From assembly GCA_000091205.1 (NCBI GenBank), contig AP006486.2: a stretch of DNA of 64,000 bases; one strand, written 5' to 3'. The position numbers were made by a program, and so were the translations under genes. Within the stretch, counting starts at the first letter, position 1, and each line of letters begins with the position of its first letter. The notes below the pieces were generated by a model. It saw only the letters and a program-made list of their open reading frames with translations, did no database searches and had not been told where the DNA came from. Shown one piece after another: positions 1-11,205 of the stretch. This DNA comes from Cyanidioschyzon merolae (Eukaryota).

Positions 1-2073
1 TGCTGAAGAGTTCAGAGAGGTAATGCGTTTAGGAGATATGTCGCAGGGGGCGCGAACATCGCCAGCACTCGCCCAGTCTCATCATGTTGCTTCGTGCCTC
101 GACCGACAAACGTTGCATCGGAAGGATAGTTCGTATATCTGACGTCTGGCTCTCTCGCGTCTTGCGCTACTACATGTTCCTGCAAAATGCGTCACAGAGT
201 GAAGCGGACGCCCCCGCCATATCCGAGTAACGTAGCCTCGTCGAGCGTCCATTGGATGCGGTGCTCACACATGTCGGACCAGGGGGCATTCCAACGCCGT
301 AGAGACTTGTGAATTGTACCGCAGTGTATGAAGGTCTGCGCGGTCAGCTGCGACTGGTCCCTACCCTCAAGTATGAATCATTCGACAGCTTTGCCAAGGG
401 CATTCACTGGGCGAATTCAAAATTGCCCATGACTAGGGAGTAATTCGAAAGCATTTACCGGGTTTGCAGAGACCGACGGAACATCAGCCTGCATGCACGC
501 TTCCACGCCTATGCTTCATTCGAGCAACGGATCGCATTTTTAACCGTTCAAGTTGGATGAAGGAGAGATTTCGTGGCGAGCGCGAATGCCTGGGTGAAGG
601 GCAACAAGGCGATCGCCAAGCCTCAAAGTCAAGAGGACGGATCCAATATCCCGAACGGGAACCAGATGAAGTTCCTCAATGGTTCATGGACCCGGTATAA
701 TCGAGCGCCGGGCATGACGGACGATCGGTGAGAAACCAGCGAATAGTAGGTCGGCACCAGGACCCGTGCCAATGCCCCGAACCCTGTCCTGGACAGAGGC
801 GATGCTGCATACGCTTCATTCAGAGAGTACATGCGGGTCCAGATTTTTCGACCAGACGATCTTTGCTACAAGGACCGGAGAGCATGCTGGCGTCCTCAAC
901 AACCGATTCCGTTGCTCCATGTCACGAGGCGGTCACTCGCCAACCTCTTCATTGAGATGAAGAACAACAGCACCGATGCGTCGCGTCGTATGCTCGAGAC
1001 CTCTGACGCGGCACGTTTTGGAGAGCGCAACAGCTTCACGTTTGTCCCTTTGATGGACGGGTACAACGCGTGCAGGGATCGGTGCTGCACGATGCCCATT
1101 GATGCCTTCGGAGCGAGATTCACACATCTCGAGCGCAAACTGGCGCTGAAGCGGGCATCCAGGGAGAGCGTAAAGCAGCGACACATCCACGATGTGGTGT
1201 CCGGAAGCATGACCGAGCGTCAGCCTGCCACGAAATCGAAAGCGAGTAACTTGCCGAGCTGGGACTCTACCAGAAACCATGTGCACAAGTCCGTTTTTCT
1301 TCGCAGAGACTTGAACGCCTCAGTGAACGCCAGAAACTATTTTGTGCTTCCGGATTGATCATCGAGTTTGCATTTTTGGCGGTCATCATGTCATTCACCA
1401 GGGTGGTACTTGGATGAAACGCCGAACCCCTTCGATGAACTCATCGGTCGCCACGAGCGACAGACTTCCATCCCGGCCTGGAACGAGGTACGCGTACATG
1501 ATGGAACGGCACGGCGAACGCTGGACACCCAGCACACCCGGATCTCCGTCTCAGGACACTGGAAAAGGCCCCGCATGCCAATGGGTGCACTTTCATGGCG
1601 CTCCACGATTCACCATTACCGAGGATGCCTTCCATCGTTGAATGCGTCCGCCTCGTGCAATTCATCGCGTTCCATCAGGAGGTGACGACCTTCTCGCACA
1701 CATTTCAGCCGGATTCCATTCCACGACAATGCGCATGAGCTGTCGATGCGTCGCTTGATCATTCGTTGCAGGTCATCGCGCTCGCCAAACTGGAGTTGTA
1801 GATGATAACCTGTCTAGCGCATGGTGTGTTTACTCGGCAGATCACATGAAAAACTTTAACGCTTCAGGTAAAGTGCTCTATCATCTATCATATACAATTT
1901 GCAGGTCGCTTTGCGGGCCAGCAACGACACCTCAAGCCAGCCAGACTTGTCCGAGCACCGGCAATCTCCATCTCTGTCAACCGTTCATCCGATAATCGCA
2001 TATGCGGTCGCTGGTTCATGCGGCCTGTTTCGAAGCGCAGCACACTGCGCCATGCTGGTGTTCTGCATCCGCA

Positions 2074-2096
2074 CAGACAGACACACACACACACAC
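2074..2096. repeat. (AC)n / (ACAG)n microsatellite
   Basis: Direct read: acagacagacacacacacacacacc. Confidence 0.9.
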
Positions 2097-2616
2097 ACCA
2101 AGCACCGTATAGCAACGATCGGAATGTATGTATACGATGCGATGAATGGAGGGGATGTATGATGTGTGCAGTGTATCCCATCGGTGATGCGTATCGCGTC
2201 CACGATGCATGATGCAGGATGTACATCAAATTTGTCGTAGGTGCAGTGTACACAGCACCTGCACGATATCCTGCACCAAGGATATCCTTGATGCGTAGCG
2301 CACCCGCAGTGCAGAATCTGCTCGTGATGCGTTCTGTCTGGAGAGGACGTACCAGTGCGCACCAGTACACTGCTAAAAAGAATCGGTGCTGACGTCACTG
2401 TGGCGCGCATCAGGCATCCGCTATGGTCACACGACGCTGCTGGAACGGACACACGTCCACGAAGACGACGCTCCTGACCAACATCGGCGACTAGCGCCTC
2501 AGTAACACCGTTTCCGTTGATACGTTGGCACACAAGCGATCCCGTCATTCCGTCTATCTTCCGCTTCCATGGCATCCGCACGATGCAGTGCTTTGTCTCA
2601 CGCGTTTCATGATGTA

Positions 2617-4707
2617 TTAGGCAGCGCTCATGTCACCGCTGGCCAACTGCTTCTCAACGAGTTGGTAGTAGAATCCTGATGGGCCCAGAGCCATGAGCTC
2701 CGAGTGGTTGCCTTGTTCAACCACGACACCATCCTGCATTACGAGAATGAGGTCTGCACGCGCCACTGTGGACAAGCGGTGGGCAATCACAACGCTGGTA
2801 ACGCCGTCAGAGGCCATCATCCGATCCAGCGCCTCCTGAACGAGAGCCTCGCTCTCTGCATCCAGAGCGCTGGTGCTTTCATCCAAGCAGAGTAGCGTTG
2901 GATGCTTCAGAATCGCTCGAGCGATAGCGATGCGTTGTTTCTGGCCGCCGCTTAACGCCAGACCTCGCTCTCCGACCTCGGTATCCAGTCCATCGGGTAA
3001 TGCCATAACAAAAGAGTACGCATTGGCTTCGCGCAAGGCCTGAATGACCTCCTCATCTGTAGCATCTCGTTTGCCATAGAGAATATTATCGCGGATGGTT
3101 CCAGAAAATAGAACCGGCTCCTGCGAAACAAGCCCAATCTGACTACGCAAGGCGTGAAAGTCGTAGTTCCAGGCGGGCGTACCGTCGAAGAGCAAGAGAC
3201 CGCCGCCTTGCGGTTCGATATCGTAGAAGCGCATCAGGAGCTGAATAATGGTCGACTTGCCGGCACCGCTTCCGCCGACAATAGCGACCGTCTTTCCATT
3301 AGGGATTGTCAGGGAAATCCCTCGTAACACTTCCACGTTCATTCGTGTCGGGTACCGGAAGTGGACGTTCTCGAAGACAATGCCTTGCTTCAGTACCAGA
3401 GGCTGCGTGACGACTTCAGCGCCGGGGTCAGGACGTCGGTACTGTGGTACACGGTCGATCATTGCAAAGAGCTCGCCACCAGCACCGAGTCCGCGGGTGA
3501 CGTCAGGCCAGACCTGAGCCGCCTGACCGACTCCCATGAAGCCGAGTATGGCGCTGAAGAATGCAGTTAGCAAATTACCCAGATTCAGAGAGCCGCGAGC
3601 GATCAGTTGCCCGCCCCACCACAGGGCAAGCGCATAGACACAGAAAATCACCAACATAGACAGTCCAAAGAAGAGACCGTCTGAGATGTAGCGTCGCCTC
3701 CCCAGACGGTACAAGGGATCAAGCTTGCTGCCGTATCGTTGCGTTTCGTAGCGCTCTGCCTCGAAGGCTTTGGTCGTGCGAATATTCGAGAACACCTCCG
3801 CTGCAACCGATCCAGCACTCGCATACGCTTCAGAGCTTCTTTTCGTATTGCCACTCATCTCGATCATCTGGGCGGCACCAGCGAGCACAACCAACGGTGA
3901 GAGCGCGATCAAGACGCCAGTGAGGGCAGGCGCGAATATAAACGCCACGATTATACCGACAACGCATTGGGCGAGATTGAATAAAACCGCACCGAGTTTC
4001 GAGAACGAGTACTGGATGACCTGAACGTCGTTATTCAGCTTTCCACCGAGCTCACCAGCTTTGCGGCGGTCGAAATAAGTCACGTCTTGCTCGACCAGGT
4101 TGCTGAAAGCCGCGACTCGCAGGTCCCGAGCTAGACGTTCGCTTGCGATCCCAAACAAAGCCGTTCTTGACCCGGCTACGATGAACTCGAAGACACCGAT
4201 ACCGACGAATCCAACGGAATACTTCCATGTTTCGCCTTCGATCTGGCTTTTGCTCTTCGTGAAAACTTGAAACATTCGACCGAATACAATCGCGAACGCT
4301 GGTAGCGTTGCTCCTTCCAAAATAGAAGCAATGAATCCGATAACAATCATAGTTGCAGACGAGCTCCAGGCAAGCGCGAAGATTCGCCGTGCAGTCACGC
4401 CCGTGGTGTAAGCGCTCTCCGGACCAGAGGCCTTTGCCGCCTTTTTAGGGTCGCCTGCCTCGGGATCTTCACCAGCAGCCGACGGGCGTGCCCAAAACCG
4501 CCACCAACGTCGGTTAGGTGTGTCCTTCTCCTTCAATTTCAAACTTGGAAAAGATTCTTGAAACGCGGTCGCCTCCGAACTGACCGCAGTGTCCGGCGAC
4601 ACCGGGTCCGTCTCGTAAATTGAGCTGCTGAGGGTTCGCTCGCGGTGGTTTTCACCAACGCTGCTGTAGTTCGCTGTTTCAAAGCTTTGCGCTGCGTGAG
4701 CGTTCAT
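2617..4707 (-). CDS. ABC transporter, B-family half transporter (6-helix TMD followed by one NBD)
   Basis: 696-aa ORF with an ATG start at 4705-4707. The N-terminal half is hydrophobic (TM helices). The C-terminal half carries Walker A (GGSGAGKST), the ABC signature LSGGQKQRIAIARA, Walker B LLCLDESTSALD and the H-loop VIAHRLSTV. Confidence 0.85.
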   Translation of the reverse strand: MNAHAAQSFETANYSSVGENHRERTLSSSIYETDPVSPDTAVSSEATAFQESFPSLKLKEKDTPNRRWWRFWARPSAAGEDPEAGDPKKAAKASGPESAYTTGVTARRIFALAWSSSATMIVIGFIASILEGATLPAFAIVFGRMFQVFTKSKSQIEGETWKYSVGFVGIGVFEFIVAGSRTALFGIASERLARDLRVAAFSNLVEQDVTYFDRRKAGELGGKLNNDVQVIQYSFSKLGAVLFNLAQCVVGIIVAFIFAPALTGVLIALSPLVVLAGAAQMIEMSGNTKRSSEAYASAGSVAAEVFSNIRTTKAFEAERYETQRYGSKLDPLYRLGRRRYISDGLFFGLSMLVIFCVYALALWWGGQLIARGSLNLGNLLTAFFSAILGFMGVGQAAQVWPDVTRGLGAGGELFAMIDRVPQYRRPDPGAEVVTQPLVLKQGIVFENVHFRYPTRMNVEVLRGISLTIPNGKTVAIVGGSGAGKSTIIQLLMRFYDIEPQGGGLLLFDGTPAWNYDFHALRSQIGLVSQEPVLFSGTIRDNILYGKRDATDEEVIQALREANAYSFVMALPDGLDTEVGERGLALSGGQKQRIAIARAILKHPTLLCLDESTSALDAESEALVQEALDRMMASDGVTSVVIAHRLSTVARADLILVMQDGVVVEQGNHSELMALGPSGFYYQLVEKQLASGDMSAA

Positions 4708-4961
4708 AGTACATATGACGGAAAAACGTATCTTCTTCCGTTACGACACGCAAAATAAGAAACGTCGTCGTCACTAGAACACAAACGACTGTTCACACCA
4801 GACGTAACGCTTTGGCAACCCGAAGGTAACGCGAACGATGCGACGCTCGGTACTGTGCTCTGTACCCAGCATCAAATCTGCGGCAGATTCCGCATCGCCA
4901 CAGAGAGGCGTTTCTGTGGACACCGTCGGTTGACCCGCGTGTGTTCGACGCGAGCATCCGC

Positions 4962-4998
4962 GGTGGTGGTGGTGGTGGTGGCAGCGGCAGCGGCGGCG
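4962..4998. repeat. (GGT)n(GGC)n trinucleotide tract
   Basis: Direct read: ggtggtggtggtggtggtggcagcggcagcggcggcggtg. It is intergenic, upstream of the ABC gene. Confidence 0.85.
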
Positions 4999-5182
4999 GT
5001 GCTGGTGATCAGACAGCGCCCCCCGCGGCTCAAAATTTCGACGCTGCGCGCGAGGCGACCGTTCCTTCCGGCGCTGTGTGGATTCCCTGCCCGATGACAG
5101 CACGTTTCCGTTGACCACGGATGCCGGCATTCGGGATGGATATTCGCTTTCGGGAAAGCGTCTACTAGGAAGCACCTACCTT

Positions 5183-5350
5183 CAAGTTCCATTCCCCGTA
5201 CTTCGTCTCGTATGCACTGGTCGTTTCGTATGCTCTGTCGTGTGCCGAGTGCCTGCCTCGAGCACTCGCCGTAGCGCTTATACCGCTGAAGCAGGTGCTG
5301 CACGGAGACAGAACGGCGTTGCCATACCGCAGAGGGCGTCGGCTCGCGGA
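5183..5350 (+). repeat. Dispersed ~170-200 bp non-coding repeat, copy A (core ctggtcgtttcgtatgctct...agtgcctgcc...agagggcgtcggctcg)
   Basis: Aligns at ~75-85% with copy B (41355-41500) and copy C (60053-60230). Flanking sequence is unrelated in each case. It has no coding potential and no tRNA A/B boxes. Confidence 0.7.
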
Positions 5351-5599
5351 ATCCTACATGTGACACGCAATCACGGCGAATTCTCATTCCGGGAGCCTGC
5401 AAGATGCGCAGTCAGAAGCGCTGCCTGCGATAGCGCGAGGCGATAGACGAAGAGTCCACTGGGACCTGGGCGACGCCCAGATGCAGCATCCTGCTCCTAC
5501 TCCCGAGCTGAACGAAATTGTGAACGAGTTGCTCAGATCTGACTAAAGTACCTGCCACTGGGAGAAGCATGAAGCACGAGCCTGGGATCCTGTCTTAAT

Positions 5600-7752
5600 T
5601 GATATATCAAGTATCTATCAGAGCGAAAGTTGCGGGTGGGCATGAGAAACCGTGCGTCGAGTCGTACTCCGTGAGTATCATAAAGGCTTCCTCAGGAATA
5701 ATGCTTTTGGTGAAGGCGATGTATCGCGACTTGACGCAGATCGAAACAGTCGAGGTTTCGGAGGAGGAATTTTTCGACAAGAGCTTTCATCGTCACCTGA
5801 TGCTTGGCACAGGGGAAGCGCGGAGCAAAAAATAAGTGAGTGCACGCCCTCCACGAACACCACGCCGAATACCGCTTCAGCGGTGCTCCATACAGGGGTG
5901 ACTCGCGAATTTACGAATACGCGGCGATGGAGTACCGCACGAACCTGAAGAATCACGTGGTCGTGAAACTCGAACGTTTCATGATACGCTCCATCTTTGC
6001 GTAGTATCCGGGCCTCTCTCGCAAAGGAATATGCGCGATCATCGACAGCATCACGAACGATTGTCAGCATGAACAGGAGATCGAATTCGTCGACAAGAAG
6101 GCGTCATATAGGAGAAGGAATGAGGTTTCTGTAATCCGCGCCACTATTGAAGAGAACCGTGCGGTCTTGGGGCCGGCGAATCCAGCAGAAAAGGTATCAG
6201 ATATGAAATAAACATGGAAAAAGATGTTATCCTTTAATTCTGCTCGATTTCGTATTTTTGGACCGAGAATCCGAACGCAAGGCGGAGATGAAGCTGAGTG
6301 AGGAAAAAATGAAGAGTGGGAGAGACGGAAGGCTGTCCGAATGGGGAAGCGCTTCAACGTCGTTCCAATGTGCAACATCAAGTCACATTTTGTGACTGTC
6401 GACTCCAGAATCCTTCATGACTTCATGAAAGAGATCAGTCCCGAGCTCAATGTTAGCAGGGAGGGGTTCTCCGGCGAAAACCGGGTGACGTTCTGCAAGA
6501 GAATCTTCGATTTCAAACGTCTCAATGTGAGCAAACAAGGGGTATTACTGGGATGATCGAAACCGATGTAGTGGCCATGTGTGTACACTAGCGGCGCTTG
6601 AAGAAAGATCGTCCAGTTCCGTCTGTGACGAAAGATGAAGATAAGAGGAAGGCGGATCCTGCGACACAGAAAGTTCAGGATAACTTTTTTGTCGTTGGCG
6701 CAGACCCTGGGAATACGAATATCATAACCATCGCTGTACCCAAACGTGCGGAAGATGGTACTGACGGCAACTTACGTCAGAAACACATACGTCTTTTGAG
6801 GTTCTCGAGAGCGAGATACTATCGAGAATCCGGTATAATGAATGCAAGGAAGAAAATTGATACGTGGAATGCAGGAATGAAGGATCACCTCGAAGTTTTG
6901 GGCGAGGTGACGAGTCGAGGAGCGGACTTTGAAGCTTTTCGGAAATTCATGGAAATACGCGTTGCTCATTGGGATGCCTTGTGGGAGGAGTGTACCAAGC
7001 CCCGGTGGGCTCGTTTGCGTATGAATCTGCACTGTGGGAAGCAGCGGGCGTTTGCCAACTTTTTCAATCAGTTGAGCGCTCTGAAGAGGAATGAAAGTCA
7101 GAGGCTCGTAGTAGCGTACGAAGCAGGGCGCTGGAAGACCCAAAAGGGGACCACGCCAGCCCCAACGATAAGAACGTACAAAGAGTGCGCAAGGCGTTTT
7201 GTTACGATACCTGTAGATGAGTTCCGAACGTCCTATACACATCACGAACTGGGGTGTACACTTCAGAGGGTCGAGATGGAAAGGTGCCAGCGGACCCCTG
7301 AGGATATCGCAAAGTATGGACCGCTGACGGAAGAGCAAATGGAAAGGATGGCGAAAGTTCGTGGACTGCTTGCATTAGGAAGCACCATCAATGGCAAGAA
7401 ACGTATGGAGTTTGTGAGCCGGGACTTTAACGCCGCGATCAATGTAACGATATGCGCAGCGATGGAAAGGAGACCTCCAGAGCTGAAACGAGAGAACTTT
7501 ACTGGACAATCACTCAAAGTCGAACTATATGAGAGAAAGTTGGAGGCAGTAGTCGCTGGCCCGCCGAGCAAGGCTGGGAGGCATCTGCACATCCGTTGGA
7601 GACTTCTTGTCCTGGGCGAGTTTCTCGCCACCACTGTACACTGCCGGCAGCAACGTTTTTTCTTTTGGAAGTTGTGTGTCGTCGTTCTGGCACTGGAATG
7701 GAGTTCATTCACGACGCCTTCGGACGAGGCGTACGTTCGTTATCCCACTTGA
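5600..7752 (+). pseudogene. TnpB/Fanzor-like RuvC nuclease gene (IS605 OrfB homologue), copy 1
   Basis: The C-terminal ORF 6598-7752 begins at TTG, not ATG. It contains Ruv[19 protein letters not shown], RuvC-II LVVAYEAGRW, the Zn-finger-adjacent motif PVDEFRTSYTHHELGC and RuvC-III SRDFNAAINV. The segment 5600-6597 is colinear with the intact N-terminal part of copy 2, but carries a frameshift near 6556, an in-frame TAG at 6589-6591 and further stops upstream. Confidence 0.7.
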
Positions 7753-10700
7753 ATATCCAGTGGGTGCGCACAAGGCGCTGAGCTGCTCCATTTTTTGTGT
7801 GCAGCGTGTTCAGATGATGCATGCTGCAGTTTTTCGATATTCATGCCTCAGGGTAACGCTGCGCAGCATGTCGACATCCTGTCTGAGGGCACGAAAAAGT
7901 CGGCAGCGTCGTTCGACGTGTTCAAAAGCTCGTGCCGCATCAAGTTACGGGCACCACACGATTCATAAATCCGCATCATTTCGTTGCCGTCGACGAAACC
8001 GCATGCGACATCCCCATCGTATTGCTCCGGGGATATGCAACCGGGCGTTTCCGTCTCTTCTGTTTCCATGGAAAAGGATCTCACACTCGGATTTCCCACA
8101 TTGCAGCAATCGCTTCCCATGGAGCATGCGTCACTGCTCTGCACGTTAGCAGCATCGACGGATCGAAGGTTATTGATGCGATCTCCGGTCTGGAGTTCGC
8201 TTCTGGATTTTGTCTCATCAGGATTGACATTGACTTTTACAAATCCCTTATTGAATGCGGTAGTGCGCGAATGCCCGATAACGTACTCGCCGAGGCAATC
8301 GCTCAGAAGAAGCAGGTCGTTTCAGGGTAAACCATTGGGTAAGGGAACCGAAGGCATCTACAGGGACCTCGCAAAAGCGTAAACGGTGCGATGAAACCAG
8401 TCTGAGCGCGCCACGGGCTGGTACTCGTAGCAAGTTGTATGGTCGGCGTACCGGACCACCTGACTGCATCCACGTGTCACCGCTGAGGAGGGCGCTCCAA
8501 AGCTGTCCACAAAGAGTACGAGAATGGCACGCAAGCCGTGTGTCGGAACTTTCGTCTGTGCAAGCAATGCGTCGTCAACGGACGTAAGCAGCGTGATCAT
8601 GAATTGACCGCTGTCATCATGATCATCATCATCCTTCGAATGCAGATCACGGAGCTCATGTAAAGGCTCAGACTGGCGTATTCGAAGCCCGAGCGAACCG
8701 AGTGAAACCGAAAGCAGTCACGGGAGAGATGTCCGCAAAGGCTGGTGCGAATTACAATTGGAAGAGACCCAAACTCCATCGTTTATGCCCGTATTCGAGG
8801 ACCTATTCCGTGTTATGCTGACATATGTCTAGTCGCTTTGTTGAACGTGAGACTAGTTAAGGGGTTCCAAGCGGTCTCAGCGCATGCATGCCCACAGGAG
8901 CGCGGCTCCACCTGCCTCGCTATTCCTGGAGAAAGCGCTGTCAAGCGAGTACGCTGACGGCTACGCGATCAGACAAGATGCCTCATACGCCGTCTCCATG
9001 AGGCGCTTCGCAGGATCCCCACGGGTGTCGGCTGCGTATGCAACTAGCGTTCAAATGCTTCACCGTTGTCTTTGAGGAATCAAGCAGTTCTACCGAGGTA
9101 AACGTCTTCGTGTATCTAAGTTCGTACCGCAAAATAGCCGCACAAATCCAGGTGTGGTAGCGACAGCTCCGCAATCATAGACGATAAAAAATGAGCATTG
9201 CCTTTTCTAATGAGGCATTTATCGACTCTGCCGCCAAGAGTCACTCGTGATCATGGACGCACGCTCACGAAGCCTTGCACATCGCATGTGAAGAACTCGT
9301 GCTGCGTCCCTTGGGCAAGGAAGCTGCAGGCTTTGCGTTCGAAAAGCCTCAGATTTGGCTATTGTTCAGTTGCCCCCTATCATAAAAACGCATTTCCATG
9401 GTGAACAAGAATATCCCGCCGCACATTGGAATCGATTTTTGTCGATTCCCTGACTTGGCGTTCGCACCGACTTCTCAGCCACAGTTGCCACTCCAGGCAT
9501 CGTCGCACTTGGTTACGGGATTTCTATGGACGACACCCATCGACGGACACCATGCCGAGTCCTATTCTCGATACACGAACCGCTACACCACCGGAACATG
9601 GTCATGCGTTCGTGAGCATGCAAGTGCAGGCATTGTGACCCGCGCATATGCGCCACGTTCCCAGTCAAGACGATTCGTTAGCGTCTATACATCTGCGAAT
9701 TTCGAACCACCACATATATTCCCCATAAAGAGCCGACTCGATCGCAGCGAGCACGCCTCGCAATGATCTCGCATTCACCAGCTTCGGCGTTTTGGCAGGA
9801 TGCTCCTGGTGTCGTGTTCGGCAGGGAGCGTAGATCAGGACAGGCGGTCTCATTTAGAGAAACGTACATGAATCTCTACGCTTTGCCAGGTTGGAATTGG
9901 ATCCGTACGGTTTCGGATGCAGCAAGAGTCGCAGCACAACCAGCCGATTCATGATGGTCAATGATCGGCAGTTTCCAGCCTTGGTCGCGTCGCTGATGCG
10001 CATTGGCAAGCGTTGTGTACGCCCCCGGTTGAAAAAGGTGCATCCGTAGACCGCGAAGATGCTGACACGGAAACGTAAACAAGGCCAGTAGGCATCAACT
10101 ATTGCTACTGGAATCATGGCACTTGAGAGAGCAGCGCATACCCGCTTCTGTGACTTGGTGCTTTGGGCGGAACCGCACTGTACGCACTTTCTGGGCTATT
10201 CGGGCCAATGAATATCGAAACAGAACATAAGATCCAGAAGAGCTCGTCGTGAAGGTGCTCAGTTCCAACCAGGTCAAGAGTCGCGGGAGCCGATGAATCG
10301 CATCAGAACTTGAGTCAGCAAGAACGTAGCGCAACTGCTCCAGCGTCGTCGCTAACCTTGTTTCACAGACTCCGTTTGCGACGTTGTGACAGCTTCGTAT
10401 CACGACTCCATACGTTGAGCAAAGAGCGTGCAGGTCTCGTGCTTGCGCTAGCGGAACGCACGAACTCGGCGATGACTCTTGCGGACGCCAGTCGCGAGTA
10501 TACAGTTGTCTTCCATCGCTCAGCACTGTCGTTCCTCCAGCGATGGAAACAAAAAACTCTCCTCAAACAAGAGCATCTGAAAGCTATCAACCTGGTTCCA
10601 AAAAAGTTCCACCAGAGAACCGTTTCATTGTATACCTTGTCTAAAACGTTCGACAACTCGCCCGTCAAGCGGCTCAGAGGCGAGCAACTCGTCTACGACA

Positions 10701-11205
10701 ACAACAACGCTTTCGCAGGACGGTCGCCGCGGCTCCACAACGTTTTGTTTCAGCGTTTTGCAAAGTCTCTCGAAAGCACGCCTTCTGGAAACGAATCGCG
10801 AACGTTTCGCTGGTGCAAGTGAAGAGCTCTGGGTGTTTGGTACTCCGACAACTCGAGTGCTCTGGGGAGCGCCTCGGTCAGCTCCAGAGCGTACCACCGA
10901 AAAGCTCTAGCCAGGTTCGCAGAGGCAGGTACCAAGCGAGGCGCCTCGAAAGCTGCAGCCAGCACCAATTTTACGTACACGCTTCGCTACTGATCAAACA
11001 GTGGCAGCGCCTACGTCCTCGAAGCACCAAGGGCAAGTCTGTAGACGAGCGCGCTCCGCCACCGACAGACGCTGTGCGTCGTTCGAAGCGAACGCTCACA
11101 GAAAGAGGCGAAACAACGTCACCTGTCAAGCAGGCGTTTAACGGAGAACGCATCCCAGTGGTGGACACTGTCGTACTCAGCGTGTTTTGAGGTCGTAAGT
11201 GGCCC

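Noticed and set aside
831-1358. 175-aa ORF at the left edge and overlapping ORFs in 1-2600
   Set aside because: No recognisable domain. The ORFs overlap on both strands, which is typical of GC-rich non-coding sequence.
5183-5350. The dispersed ~200-bp element considered as a tRNA, 5S, snRNA gene or tRNA-derived SINE
   Set aside because: No A/B box, no T-loop GTTCGA motif, no 5S or U6 signature, and no 3' T-run or poly(A). Only a ccatacc match to 5S was seen, which is too short.
6598-6600. Taking ORF-track first codons as true start codons
   Set aside because: Several listed ORFs begin at TTG or GTG (for example 6598, 30884, 41205, 46703, 48418, 61709, 23275). The first in-frame ATG was used for CDS starts where identifiable.
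6772-7338. Antisense ORF inside Fanzor-like copy 1, conserved with 57674-58141 opposite copy 2
   Set aside because: The conservation is explained by conservation of the sense-strand nuclease ORF. The antisense peptides are low-complexity with no motif.
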